32,000 nucleotides of DNA from Zymomonas mobilis subsp. mobilis ATCC 10988 (GCF_000175255.2 NC_017262.1:1140001-1172000); one strand, 5' to 3'; counted from the first letter of the stretch, positions 1 to 9,829 are shown. Notes: a model not told the origin generated them from the letters alone. Made by a program: numbers and translations.

Positions 1-46
1 ATTGCGTCATCCATCCTACCGGCAATAGCAAAAGAAGTGTGGTAGT

Positions 47-337
47 GTGATTCCTAAAAATGCCTACAATCGGATTGCCAAGCAATTGGATCAAGCCGGA
101 GAAAATAGCCGACAATGGGAAGAAAGTTCTTTCGATATTGTAAAGGCTAGCCGACGGCGGATGTTTATTATGTCTGCCTGTCGGGTTGTGGGCGCGTTAT
201 TACTGACTTTTGCTATTTTGCTCTTACAGATGCCTCGTTTCTTTCCGTGGGACCAGCGGTGGCTGGATGCTATGGTTGTTATCAGTTTTATCATTATGCT
301 GATCCCTCAAATTTTGATCAGATGGCAAAAGCCATAA
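47..337 (+). CDS. Hypothetical small membrane protein (96 aa, GTG start, two hydrophobic segments)
   Basis: Open frame with two hydrophobic stretches (VVGALLLTFAILLLQM and MVVISFIIMLIPQIL). It lies just upstream of and co-directional with the ATP12 gene. Confidence 0.6.
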   Translation: MIPKNAYNRIAKQLDQAGENSRQWEESSFDIVKASRRRMFIMSACRVVGALLLTFAILLLQMPRFFPWDQRWLDAMVVISFIIMLIPQILIRWQKP

Positions 338-363
338 ATTGAAAAGAGACAAGTTTTTCTGCC

Positions 364-1068
364 ATGAAAAGAAAACGTTTTTATAAAAAAGCCACTGTCG
401 ATAAAGCTGAAATAGGCTTTGCTGCGAAATTGGATGACCGTCAGATCATGACTCCGGCAAGACACCCTTTAATTTTGCCGACTCGTGCTTTGGCAGAGGC
501 TGTCGCCGAAGAATGGAACAATCAACCGAAAGAAATTGATCTCGCTTCGATGCCGATAACCGGCTATGCCAATGCTGCCGTTGATCTGGTGCCTGATCGC
601 TATGATGATTTTGTTGCTGGTATTCGCCAATTTGCTGAAAGCGATGTGACTTGTTACCGTGCCGACAGCCCTCAGGCCTTGGTTGATCGAGAAATCGAAT
701 TATGGGAACCTTTGTTGGAATGGGCGGAAAAGCGCTTTGATATCCATTTCCATCGGGTGGTTGGTATTATCCATAAAAAGCAGCCTGAAGTGACTTTGCA
801 GCGGATTGGTGCAGCCGTTACAGATTTCAATCATTTTGAAATCGTCGCTTTGACACAACTGGCAACTATTTCAGGCTCTTTGGTTATTCCACTTGCTATA
901 CTGGCAGATGAAATTACACCTGAGAAAGCTTTTGATGCCGCCCATATCGACGAAATATGGCAGGCAGAACAATGGGGGCAGGATGAAGTCGCGGCCAACG
1001 CCCTTAAACGTCGTCGTCGTGACTTTTTAGCTGCTGCCCGTTTTTTCAGCCTGGTAAATACAAACTAA
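364..1068 (+). CDS. ATP12 family F1-ATPase assembly chaperone
   Basis: 234 aa; N-terminal RHPLILPTRALAEAVAEEWNNQ...ID...MPITGYANAAVD and the later W.P...W are characteristic of ATP12. Confidence 0.88.
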   Translation: MKRKRFYKKATVDKAEIGFAAKLDDRQIMTPARHPLILPTRALAEAVAEEWNNQPKEIDLASMPITGYANAAVDLVPDRYDDFVAGIRQFAESDVTCYRADSPQALVDREIELWEPLLEWAEKRFDIHFHRVVGIIHKKQPEVTLQRIGAAVTDFNHFEIVALTQLATISGSLVIPLAILADEITPEKAFDAAHIDEIWQAEQWGQDEVAANALKRRRRDFLAAARFFSLVNTN

Positions 1069-1096
1069 CGGTCAAAGAACCGGATATTAAGGAAGG

Positions 1097-1741
1097 ATGT
1101 CTGAAATGACAGGGCAGAAATCATGGGCTTTTTTAGCTCAAAATGATTTGGGAGAAGGGGGCGCCCCTTTAGCTTTAATTTTTGATTGTGATGGCACCTT
1201 ACTCAATAGTTTGCCGGTATATGAACGGGCTTGGGTCGCTATCTGGGGTGAACTGGGCTATTCAATGGAACATAGCTGGTATCAGCCAAGATCCGGCTTT
1301 TCTGAAGACAATCTGATAACCGCTTTTGAAGAAAAAGTCGGTCAGAAATTCGACCACAAGGCGATATCTGACAAGATGAAGACCTATTATCTTGCCAATA
1401 TACAGCATGTTGTCGAGATTACGCCTGTCGCAGATATTGCCCGCAATGCTTATGGAAAATTCCCGATGGCGGTTGCGTCTTGTGCGCCCCGTAGTTTGTT
1501 GCTGGAAGGCTTGAAAATAACAGGTTTGTTTGACCTGTTTGATACTATTCTTTCTGTCGATGATATCGGCGTGCCGAAACCTGCCCCTGATATTTTCTTG
1601 AAGGCAGCTGAAAGATTAGGTGTAGAAGCCGAGCATTGTCTGGTTTTTGAAGATAGTGTGACCGGATTTGAAGCGGCGAAGCGCGCTCATATGCCGGTTA
1701 TTGATGTGACTCCTTTGATTGCCTCGAATCAAAAAGATTAA
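1097..1741 (+). CDS. HAD superfamily hydrolase (phosphatase / beta-phosphoglucomutase-like)
   Basis: DFDGTLLNS-type motif I (IFDCDGTLLNSLPVYERAW), KPAPDIFL and VFEDSVTGFEAAKRA motifs. Confidence 0.88.
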   Translation: MSEMTGQKSWAFLAQNDLGEGGAPLALIFDCDGTLLNSLPVYERAWVAIWGELGYSMEHSWYQPRSGFSEDNLITAFEEKVGQKFDHKAISDKMKTYYLANIQHVVEITPVADIARNAYGKFPMAVASCAPRSLLLEGLKITGLFDLFDTILSVDDIGVPKPAPDIFLKAAERLGVEAEHCLVFEDSVTGFEAAKRAHMPVIDVTPLIASNQKD

Positions 1742-1771
1742 AGCATTTCATCCCGCATTATTTTTAAATGC

Positions 1772-1805
1772 AAAAAAGGCCATGAATCTCATGGCCTTTT
1801 TTTTG
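1772..1805. terminator. Bidirectional intrinsic terminator between convergent HAD hydrolase and nrdB
   Basis: aaaaaaggccatga-atc-tcatggcctttttttt: perfect stem with A-run and T-run on opposite sides. Confidence 0.85.
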
Positions 1806-1824
1806 TAGATTTTATCTGTCTGTT

Positions 1825-2862
1825 TTACGCTGGGAATAGCCCGCTTTCGTCTTTTTCGTTTGCCGTTGCCTCTATATTGGATTGAGCATCACGGCGTTGG
1901 TCAAAGGCACCCCAAACCTCATTCCAGTCGCCTTTGGTCGCGGCTTTGGAATATTCAGTCGAGCGAGTTTCAAAGAAATTGGCATGTTCAACGCCATTCA
2001 ACAAAGGCGTGAGCCAAGGAAGCGGATGTTCTTCGATCATGTAGATAGGTGAAAGACCCAACTGACCTAAACGCCAATCAGCAATATAACGAATATATTT
2101 TTTGATTTCTTTCGGGGTCATGCCTTCAACGGGACCCATTTCAAAAACCAGATCAATAAAGGCATCTTCAATTCTGACCGTTCTTTGGCAGATATTGAGA
2201 ATATCGTCCTTAACCTGTTTGGTCAGGCATTGGCGTTCCTGACAGAAGGTATGGAAAAGACGAATAATCCCTTCGCAATGAAGCGATTCATCGCGAACAC
2301 TCCAAGACACAATCTGCCCCATGCCTTTCATCTTATTGAAGCGGGGGAAGTTCATCAACATCGCAAAACTGGCGAAAAGCTGTAAACCTTCGGTGAAGCC
2401 ACCCATCATCGCCAGCGTGCGGGCAATATCCTGATCGCTGCCGACATCAAAGGTTGCCAGATAATCATGCTTGTCCTTCATTTCTTTATATTGAAGGAAA
2501 GCCGAATATTCAGTTTCCGGCATGCCGATGGTATCAAGTAGATGGGAATAGGCCGCAATATGCACCGTTTCCATATTGCTGAAAGCCGTCAACATCATTT
2601 TGATTTCAGTCGGACGGAAAATGCGACCATATTTATCGAAGTAGCAATCCTGAACTTCGACATCAGCCTGCGTGAAAAAACGGAATATCTGCGTTAATAG
2701 ATTGCGTTCGTGATCGCTTAATTTTTGCGCCCAGTCCCGACAATCTTCGCCTAAAGGCACTTCTTCGGGAAGCCAATGAAGCTGCTGCTGCCGCTGCCAG
2801 AATTCAAAAGCCCATGGATATTCAAAAGGCTTGTAAACCGGAGATGCCTTAAGCAGGGACAT
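1825..2862 (-). CDS. nrdB: Ribonucleoside-diphosphate reductase, beta subunit (class I)
   Basis: 345 aa with R2 di-iron motifs (DVEVQDCY, FSNMETVHIAAYSHLLD, WSVRDESLHCEG). Confidence 0.95.
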   Translation of the reverse strand: MSLLKASPVYKPFEYPWAFEFWQRQQQLHWLPEEVPLGEDCRDWAQKLSDHERNLLTQIFRFFTQADVEVQDCYFDKYGRIFRPTEIKMMLTAFSNMETVHIAAYSHLLDTIGMPETEYSAFLQYKEMKDKHDYLATFDVGSDQDIARTLAMMGGFTEGLQLFASFAMLMNFPRFNKMKGMGQIVSWSVRDESLHCEGIIRLFHTFCQERQCLTKQVKDDILNICQRTVRIEDAFIDLVFEMGPVEGMTPKEIKKYIRYIADWRLGQLGLSPIYMIEEHPLPWLTPLLNGVEHANFFETRSTEYSKAATKGDWNEVWGAFDQRRDAQSNIEATANEKDESGLFPA

Positions 2863-2943
2863 AGGGGCGGTTCCTTCGTATAAAATAGGGATAGAAAGAC
2901 GAATCTGGCGATCTTGTCCTGCCGATTCTGAAAATGAGGAAAG

Positions 2944-2990
2944 ACTCTACATATAGTATTACAAAAAGTTTAGCATTCTATATATAGATT
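2944..2990. promoter_or_regulatory. Tandem NrdR-like boxes upstream of nrdB
   Basis: Box 1 2944-2959 actctacatatagtat (13/16 to ACACWATATATWGTGT). Box 2 2975-2990 attctatatatagatt (12/16). Start-to-start spacing is 31 bp, about 3 helical turns. Confidence 0.72.
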
Positions 2991-3190
2991 CTATAAAAAT
3001 TTGTTATCAAAAAAATCATTCAAAATTTTTCTGTTCTCTAGTCAAAACATCAATTTTGTGATTCATCGGCCTTTATGGATATAAAGAGTAAAAGAAGGGC
3101 TATCCCTCTTTAGAATTTTTGTTAGAAAAAGCCGCCATTGATGAAAACTATAACTTATCGGATATCTAAGGCCGGAGACTGGGAGATTTC

Positions 3191-4237
3191 ATGAAGTCAG
3201 CGCGTTTTTTAGCTGATCGGGCTGTTGTATTGTTACTAGGTGTCGCAGTCGGAACAGCCATAGGTTATGCTTTTGGTTCGTCAGGAAAATCCGGCGAGAC
3301 GCCTGTTGCTTCCTCTACCCAGTCGATCACTTCTCTTGATAATCAAAATTATAGCCCTGAGCAGGCTTCTTCTGATCAGCCAGTGATGAACAATTCGGTT
3401 GCGACAGTGGAACCGCCCAAGCTGGCAGAAAAGGAAACAAGCGAAGGCTATAAACCCTTCGTGCCATCGCATTCACCTTTACCACCAGAACCATCAAGCG
3501 CAAATCTGAATCAGCGTTTATCCCAAGGCGAACCGCTTCGGGTCGGGGTATTCGGTGATAGCTATGGTGATGGGCTTTGGTCGGCTCTTTATCGTCTATT
3601 ACCGGCGAAAGAGGGCTATCGTGTTTTGAAATTTAGCCAGCAATCGACAGGCTTTACCCGTTACCAAAGCCTGAATGTCGAAGAAAAAGCCAAAAGCGAT
3701 CTGGTAAGTCAGCCTGTTGATATTGCGGTTATTTGTTTTGGTGCCAATGACGTTCAAGGTGTTTTAGTCGGGCATCATGCCGCGCCCTTGCTGAGCGCAG
3801 AATGGCGACAGGTCATTGGTGACCGGATAGAAAGTTTCGTGTCCATGCTGCGGCAAAAAGGCATAAGCGTTTATTGGGTTGGTTTACCCGTGATGCGGAA
3901 AGCTGATTTCGATGCCAGTATCAGCAGCATGAACAGCTTTTATGCCGCCGAAATGGCTAAGTTAAATGTTCCCTTTATTGAAACCCGTTCGCTAACAGTA
4001 GACGAAAATGGACAATACGCGCCTTATCTAATGGATGGCACTAATGACGCGACAAAGAAAATGACATTGATGCGGGCAAATGACGGGGTGCATATGTCGA
4101 TGACCGGATATGTCAGATTAAGCCGTGGTTTGGCTTCGCAAATCCGTCATTTCGCCGATCAGCATCGCCCAAAACTGCCCGCCACATCAAGTGAAACGGC
4201 CAGTCTTGTAGCTAGTCAAAAAGAAGTGAGCCGGTGA
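3191..4237 (+). CDS. DUF459-like SGNH-fold protein with N-terminal membrane anchor
   Basis: VLLLGVAVGTAIGYAFG anchor; LRVGVFGDSYGDGLWSAL (block I), VICFGANDVQG (block III), DGVHMSMTGYVRL (block V). Confidence 0.8.
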   Translation: MKSARFLADRAVVLLLGVAVGTAIGYAFGSSGKSGETPVASSTQSITSLDNQNYSPEQASSDQPVMNNSVATVEPPKLAEKETSEGYKPFVPSHSPLPPEPSSANLNQRLSQGEPLRVGVFGDSYGDGLWSALYRLLPAKEGYRVLKFSQQSTGFTRYQSLNVEEKAKSDLVSQPVDIAVICFGANDVQGVLVGHHAAPLLSAEWRQVIGDRIESFVSMLRQKGISVYWVGLPVMRKADFDASISSMNSFYAAEMAKLNVPFIETRSLTVDENGQYAPYLMDGTNDATKKMTLMRANDGVHMSMTGYVRLSRGLASQIRHFADQHRPKLPATSSETASLVASQKEVSR

Positions 4238-5799
4238 AACGCCTGATTCCATCAAAACTGACTTTAGTCCTGAAATCTGCTTTGGCCTCCTGTGCTTTTA
4301 TGGCCGGTGCCTTTGCGCCTGCTGCGCAGACAGCCTCTTCTTCGCCTATAATGGGTGTGCCTTTCACGCCGCCAGAAACACCACCGGCTTTAAAAAATTC
4401 TGAAGCCATTCTTCCTTTTTTCAAAAAATTGGCTGAATATCCCCGTGGGCGACATTTAAAGCCGCTCCATATTCTTCAAATCGGTGACAGCCATACCGCA
4501 GGCGATTCTATTTCAGGGGCGTGGCGTTCTATTTTACAAAACCGCTATGGCTCGGGCGGGCGGGGCGTTTTAGCCCCCGGTATTCCTTATAAAGGCTATA
4601 TTGCTCATGGTGTCCATGTCTCCATGTCGGATGGTTGGACTATCGGCTCTATTTTCGGTTCTCATTATAGTAGCGATATGCCGCCGGTCGGTTTTAGTGG
4701 TTTTAACCTGACCTCTCACAAGAATGGCGCACAGATCTCGCTTGATAGCGGGATTGAAGAGGCCTTTGACCGTTTTACCGTTTGTGGCTTGGCGAAACCC
4801 GGTGCTGGTATTGTCGTCGTTTCTATGGGCGGGCAATTCCAGCGGGTCGATTTCAACAGCAGTTGGTCGCATAGCCAATGTGTCACTTTAACAAGTGATA
4901 TGCCTCAGGTTCATGCCGATGTCGTCGCCGCGGAAGGTCCCATTACCCTGACATCATGGGCGAGCTTCCGAGATAATGGTGGCGTTGCCTTATCCAATCT
5001 CGGGGTGGTCGGTTCCCAGTTAATTCATCTTCAAAGAAGTAGCGATCAGGTTATCGCAACAGAATTAAAAGTATATCACCCCGATCTGATTGTGCTGGCT
5101 TTCGGAACGAATGAAGGCTTCGCGCCTTATTTTGATCCCACGGCGTTTGAATCCGTTTTGCGTGAACAAATTTCACGGATTCGGCGATTGTCCGGCAATG
5201 TGCCTATTTTAATGCTGGGCGCGCCTGATGCTTCAAGCCGTCGCGAAGAAATGCTGCATAATACGCCCGGTGTTTCTCCGCCTCTTTGTTCTGAACCGCT
5301 TCCTACGGATGGTTTTGTTACTAGTCCGGCCTCTAATCCTGCAACCGCTTCGCAGCTCTCAGCCAATCAGTCCAAAGGGGTCGATTCTGTGATGTCGACT
5401 TTGCGGCAACAGGGGGTGTTCGGTTCAGATGGCAATGGCCCCGATATTTCGCAGCCTCCGGGATCGGATACGAATTCAGCTCAAAATGCGTTGCCTAATA
5501 TCGTGCCGCCTTCCAATGTTATTTGGAAAGTGACAACCCATCCGTTATTTCCGCCCGCTGGTTTGGCGGCGGTTCGTCGGGTGCAACAACGTGTCGCATC
5601 CCAGTTGGGTATTGCCTTTTGGGATTGGCATGCCCGTATGGGGGGCGATTGTGCCGCCGTCCATTGGGGCAAGGCTTATCCTTCTTTGATGCGACGTGAT
5701 TATGTCCACTATACATCTCTGGGTGGACAAATTATCGCAAATCGTCTGGATAACGATATAAAAAACGCTATGGAGTCCTCTCCATCTCCGGCGCGATAG
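4234..5799 (+). CDS. Secreted SGNH/GDSL-family esterase or acyltransferase partner
   Basis: Signal peptide; HILQIGDSHTAGDSISG (block I), VLAFGTNEGFAP (block III), DYVHYTSLGGQIIA (block V). The GTG start overlaps the upstream TGA (GTGA). Confidence 0.8.
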   Translation: MKRLIPSKLTLVLKSALASCAFMAGAFAPAAQTASSSPIMGVPFTPPETPPALKNSEAILPFFKKLAEYPRGRHLKPLHILQIGDSHTAGDSISGAWRSILQNRYGSGGRGVLAPGIPYKGYIAHGVHVSMSDGWTIGSIFGSHYSSDMPPVGFSGFNLTSHKNGAQISLDSGIEEAFDRFTVCGLAKPGAGIVVVSMGGQFQRVDFNSSWSHSQCVTLTSDMPQVHADVVAAEGPITLTSWASFRDNGGVALSNLGVVGSQLIHLQRSSDQVIATELKVYHPDLIVLAFGTNEGFAPYFDPTAFESVLREQISRIRRLSGNVPILMLGAPDASSRREEMLHNTPGVSPPLCSEPLPTDGFVTSPASNPATASQLSANQSKGVDSVMSTLRQQGVFGSDGNGPDISQPPGSDTNSAQNALPNIVPPSNVIWKVTTHPLFPPAGLAAVRRVQQRVASQLGIAFWDWHARMGGDCAAVHWGKAYPSLMRRDYVHYTSLGGQIIANRLDNDIKNAMESSPSPAR

Positions 5800-5830
5800 C
5801 CCTTTTTCGGGTAAAATTTAGGTTTCAAGA

Positions 5831-7237
5831 ATGCTTTTTCCGACTCTGACTTTTGGACTGTTTTTTCTGGTCGTCTTTTCTGTCGCCTGTTGTTTCAGGG
5901 GCAGTAATGACTGGCGAAAAATAGCTTTGTTGATTGCAAGCTGGTTTTTTTATGGTTGGTGGGATTGGCGTTTTGTTGCCTTATTAATCTTATCGGCTGT
6001 TTTTAATTGGGCGATGGCCGCTTGGTTATCCTGTTACGAAGGAAAAGCGCGTAAACGGATTATGATAGCCGGTATTATCGGCAATGTGTCTATTCTGGCT
6101 TTCTTCAAATATTATGCTTTTTTGCTGAACCAGATTGCCGCCTTTTGCGGATTGTTGGGATATGCGCCGCATTTACCCTTTATGGAAATTGTTCTTCCTG
6201 TCGGAGTCAGCTTCTTTACTTTTCAGGGAATGTCCTATCTGGTCGATGTCGAAAAGCGGAAAGTGCCACCGGCCTCTTTGGGTGACATCTTATTGTTAAT
6301 GTCGTTTTTCCCGCATTTGGTGGCGGGGCCTATCGTTCGAGCATCGGAACTTTTACCCCAGTTTAAGGCTGTGCCGCCTTTTGAAAAATCCAAAATTTCG
6401 ATGGCTTTGCTGTTGATTGTCTGGGGACTATTTAAAAAAGCAGTGGTGGCTTCGGAAATTTCGACCCAATTGGTTGATCCGGTCTTTTTTGATCCATCAT
6501 CCCATTCGAGTTTGGAACTGGTTATGGCCGCCTATGGCTATGCTGCCCAGATTTACTGCGATTTCTCGGCTTATAGCGATATGGCCATCGGCTTGGCCGC
6601 GTTGTTAGGGTACCGTTTTCCTGTCAATTTCAACCAGCCCTATCGCGCCGCTTCCTTACAGGATTTTTGGCGGCGTTGGCATATCAGCCTGTCTTCATGG
6701 TTACGTGACTATGTTTATATCGGTTGGTTGGGTGGCAATCGTTGCGGGGCCTTTAGAACCTATCTGAATCTCTTTATTACGATGTTAATTGGTGGGTTAT
6801 GGCATGGTGCCAATATGACCTTCGTGATTTGGGGCGCGCTTCATGGCGGGGTTCTTGCCTGTGAGCGTTTTTGGAGCCGGATTAAACCCGCCAGTTGGCC
6901 GAGCTTACCCGTTTGGATCCGCACGATTTTTACCTTCCATATCGTCGTGGTTGGATGGATATTCTTCCGAGCTGACAGCTTTTCATCCGCAATCCAGTAT
7001 TTGAAAAATATTACCCAAGGTTCATGGTCTGCGGGACAGGTAACGCCGTTAATGGTGATGTTAGTTCTGTTCGGATTGGTAATTCATTTCTTGCCACGGC
7101 AAGGGCTGACCCATCTCGCCTTGAGAATAAAGAATTGGCCGTCATGGTCTGTCGGAATCGCGATAGCGGTTTTGATCTTGATTATTGATGCTATGCGTTA
7201 TGAAGGTGTCGCGCCCTTTATTTATTACCAGTTTTGA
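5831..7237 (+). CDS. MBOAT family O-acyltransferase (AlgI-like)
   Basis: 468 aa polytopic protein with VGVSFFTFQGMSYLVDV, QFKAVPPF, DFWRRWHISLSSWLRDYVYI and GGLWHGANMTFVIWGALHG. Confidence 0.93.
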   Translation: MLFPTLTFGLFFLVVFSVACCFRGSNDWRKIALLIASWFFYGWWDWRFVALLILSAVFNWAMAAWLSCYEGKARKRIMIAGIIGNVSILAFFKYYAFLLNQIAAFCGLLGYAPHLPFMEIVLPVGVSFFTFQGMSYLVDVEKRKVPPASLGDILLLMSFFPHLVAGPIVRASELLPQFKAVPPFEKSKISMALLLIVWGLFKKAVVASEISTQLVDPVFFDPSSHSSLELVMAAYGYAAQIYCDFSAYSDMAIGLAALLGYRFPVNFNQPYRAASLQDFWRRWHISLSSWLRDYVYIGWLGGNRCGAFRTYLNLFITMLIGGLWHGANMTFVIWGALHGGVLACERFWSRIKPASWPSLPVWIRTIFTFHIVVVGWIFFRADSFSSAIQYLKNITQGSWSAGQVTPLMVMLVLFGLVIHFLPRQGLTHLALRIKNWPSWSVGIAIAVLILIIDAMRYEGVAPFIYYQF

Positions 7238-7254
7238 TAGGGGAATAAGGCATT

Positions 7255-7566
7255 ATGCCTAATGACTTTTCACCCATTGACTTGCCCAGTGATAAAAATG
7301 ATCAGAAGCGAGCTGGCTTGTGGACGAGCATTGTTATTTCGACGGCAAGCCTTTTATTGGCATTGTTGAATGCCGAGGCTGTCGCGGATTGGGCGGATTC
7401 TTTGGCTCCAACAATATGGACAGCCCCGATTGTTTCTACGGCTGATAGCTGGCGCGATTTAGCTGCCGAGACTGGCCTGTCCGCGCCAAGAGATCTTTTA
7501 CATCGCTATTGGAAGAAGCTAGAAGCGCTTCATTTTTCAAATCAGGAAGGGGCGGAGGCTGAATAG
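7255..7566 (+). CDS. Hypothetical 103-aa protein with one transmembrane helix, last gene of the SGNH/MBOAT cluster
   Basis: 18 bp downstream of the MBOAT stop, same strand; a central hydrophobic segment (TSIVISTASLLLALLNAEAVA). Confidence 0.65.
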   Translation: MPNDFSPIDLPSDKNDQKRAGLWTSIVISTASLLLALLNAEAVADWADSLAPTIWTAPIVSTADSWRDLAAETGLSAPRDLLHRYWKKLEALHFSNQEGAEAE

Positions 7567-7581
7567 CCTCCCATATTAAAA

Positions 7582-8271
7582 TTAACGATAGAAAACGTGG
7601 CTACCCAAAGCATTAACGCGAGTGCGCGTTTTAAAGAAATGGTTGGGTGCCTGCGAATTGGCATGATAGAACAAAGCCCCTTTGGTGAGGTCTTCACTGC
7701 TACCCGTTAAAACTTCATGCGCTACTTCAATCGCTTTCTGCCAGCGACGATCCTGACGCGGCGGCGTATAACGGGTGGTATCAAAAAACTGCCCCGGCTG
7801 ATTAGTCACACCGCAGACTGTTTGCGGGAAACGACCACCGGCTTCTGCCCGATTTAAAATAAGCTGTGCAATCGCAATCTGGCCTTCACGGGGCTGGTTA
7901 GCCGCTTCGTGATAAACAACCTTGGCCATGCACATCGTTTGTGCGCCTTCGGATTGCTGTTCTAACTCATCAGCCGAAAGATTTTCACTCTCTTCGGAAT
8001 AATCAGATGATTTTGCTAATGCCTGTCGAGCATGATTGGCGACAGTGTTATTATTATGATCGAATGACGTATTGGCGATGGGCTGGCTTTTCGCAATAGC
8101 CACGTTGCTCGCCAAGGTTACGCCCAAAGGAAGGGCGGCGGCTATGGCCTGATGTGCCGGAAAGGTGATGGCAGCTACAGGTAAAACTAATTTTGCCCAT
8201 TTTTTACGAAATAAATGTCCTAAAGCGGACATCGACAACTCCATAACCTGCGCAATTTTCGGATGTCCCAT
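7582..8271 (-). CDS. Cell wall hydrolase, SleB-like (Hydrolase_2)
   Basis: CMAKVVYHEAANQPREGQIAIAQLILNRAE...FPQTVCGVTNQPGQFFDT...TKGALFYHA matches the SleB-like catalytic domain. The true start may be an internal Met before the signal peptide. Confidence 0.85.
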   Translation of the reverse strand: MGHPKIAQVMELSMSALGHLFRKKWAKLVLPVAAITFPAHQAIAAALPLGVTLASNVAIAKSQPIANTSFDHNNNTVANHARQALAKSSDYSEESENLSADELEQQSEGAQTMCMAKVVYHEAANQPREGQIAIAQLILNRAEAGGRFPQTVCGVTNQPGQFFDTTRYTPPRQDRRWQKAIEVAHEVLTGSSEDLTKGALFYHANSQAPNHFFKTRTRVNALGSHVFYR

Positions 8272-8692
8272 ATATAATGCAAGAATATAATCAGTCTTGG
8301 GACAGCAGAATAATCACGTCTTGTCGCTTTAAAGCATCCAAGATGGATGAATTAAATAACCGAACTTCTTGGTGACCCTCTATTCCCTTTTGGTCAATCC
8401 ATCGGAACTTTTTACAAGGCTGCCCGTTCGTCTGATGCGGTGAAATGCAGCAGTTGTTCCGTCCGGGCGGATGGATTTTTCAATTTTTGTCATTGAGAGA
8501 CTCAATGAAAGGGTAGGGCGGCTATAGCGTCCTGCTGCGTTTTTGGCCAGAATTTTCCTTAGATAAGATAATGGCACCGGCCTTTGATAGCTAAAAAGGC
8601 GTATTTTCCTGTTTTTTTTGAAAAAAATGAAAATTTATTCAAATTATGCTTGACGACACGACCAACCTACCTTAGAGGACAGGCCATCCCAA

Positions 8693-8769
<77 letters not shown>

Positions 8770-9061
8770 TTTTTTATGGCGCTTCTTTAGGGGGTACGCT
8801 TTCCCTTTCAATAAAGCGATCTTGCTGTTCCAAGCAAATTTTTCTCCTTAAAAAATATTTTTAGATGGTATCGCTTAGTAGATTAGGCGATAAGGCCTTT
8901 TGAGTATTTAAGTGATAATTTCTAATATCAGCCATTGACGGATTCTTCTCTTTATCCGAGACGTTATCTGCTTAAATCTTTGTGAAGATAAAAAGGCACC
9001 CTATAAACTTAACGGCTTGAAATAACTGATTCGCCTTGAGCTTTTAAGGTGTGACTGTTGA

Positions 9062-9829
9062 TTGATGTTGGAGACGACCTTGGCTGACCTGCCACATAAC
9101 AGCAATGATAACCAAAATACGTTACAGACGGCTTCCGAAACGACTGATGAAATAAAAACGCCGTTTTGTGTTGCCCATCGCCGGTGCATCACAGCTGCGA
9201 TTGCCGTCATCCTTCTTGTAGTCGGTGTGGGTGGTATCGGCTGTTGGTCATATCATCGTCATAAACAGGAGGCTATCAATAGCCGCGGAGATGCTTTGGC
9301 AGCCGCTATTGCGCCGGTAATCCAAGGAGGACAGGTCAAGGATGTCGCAACATTGGATAAGCTGATCGCTTCCAATGATCCGGTTTATGCCAATCTTGGC
9401 CGTTTTTTAAAAGCCGGTGTCCTGTCTGATAAGGGTGACGTTAAAAGCGCGACCGCTTTATATCAAACGGTTCTTAATGATCCGGCTGCCGGTGATATTT
9501 TGCACGCTGTGGCGACTTTGCATTTAAGTGCCATTGAACTGGATACGGTGCCTCCTGAAAATGTGATTAAACGACTTCAACCTTTGGTTGCCCCTGGTAG
9601 TCGTTGGTTAGGAAGTGCCGGAGAAATGCAAGCGGCGGCTTATTTAAAAGAAAATAAACCGGAACAAGCCGTCAAAATTTATCAAAGAATTTATTCTGAT
9701 ACGTCTGTTCCTGAAGATATCCGTGAACGTGCCAAATCACTGGCTAATTCTTATGCTGATATCGTAGGTAACAATAAAGAAAAGCCGCAACAGGCCGCGG
9801 CGGCGACACCAGCGTCGGATAAAAAATAA
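9062..9829 (+). CDS. Membrane-anchored tetratricopeptide protein, YfgM-like
   Basis: N-terminal TM (AAIAVILLVVGVGGIGCWSY) followed by TPR-like helices; directly upstream of bamB and der, as yfgM is in many proteobacteria. Confidence 0.8.
   Translation: MMLETTLADLPHNSNDNQNTLQTASETTDEIKTPFCVAHRRCITAAIAVILLVVGVGGIGCWSYHRHKQEAINSRGDALAAAIAPVIQGGQVKDVATLDKLIASNDPVYANLGRFLKAGVLSDKGDVKSATALYQTVLNDPAAGDILHAVATLHLSAIELDTVPPENVIKRLQPLVAPGSRWLGSAGEMQAAAYLKENKPEQAVKIYQRIYSDTSVPEDIRERAKSLANSYADIVGNNKEKPQQAAAATPASDKK

Noticed and set aside
1-45. Frame open from the window edge encoding ...IASSILPAIAKEVW*
   Set aside because: Could be the end of an upstream gene, but 14 residues are too few to identify or support a feature.
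8380-8577. 65-aa minus-strand ORF in the gap upstream of tRNA-Asp
   Set aside because: Low-complexity Ser/Leu/Arg composition, no recognisable domain, and no terminator or clear ribosome-binding site to support it.
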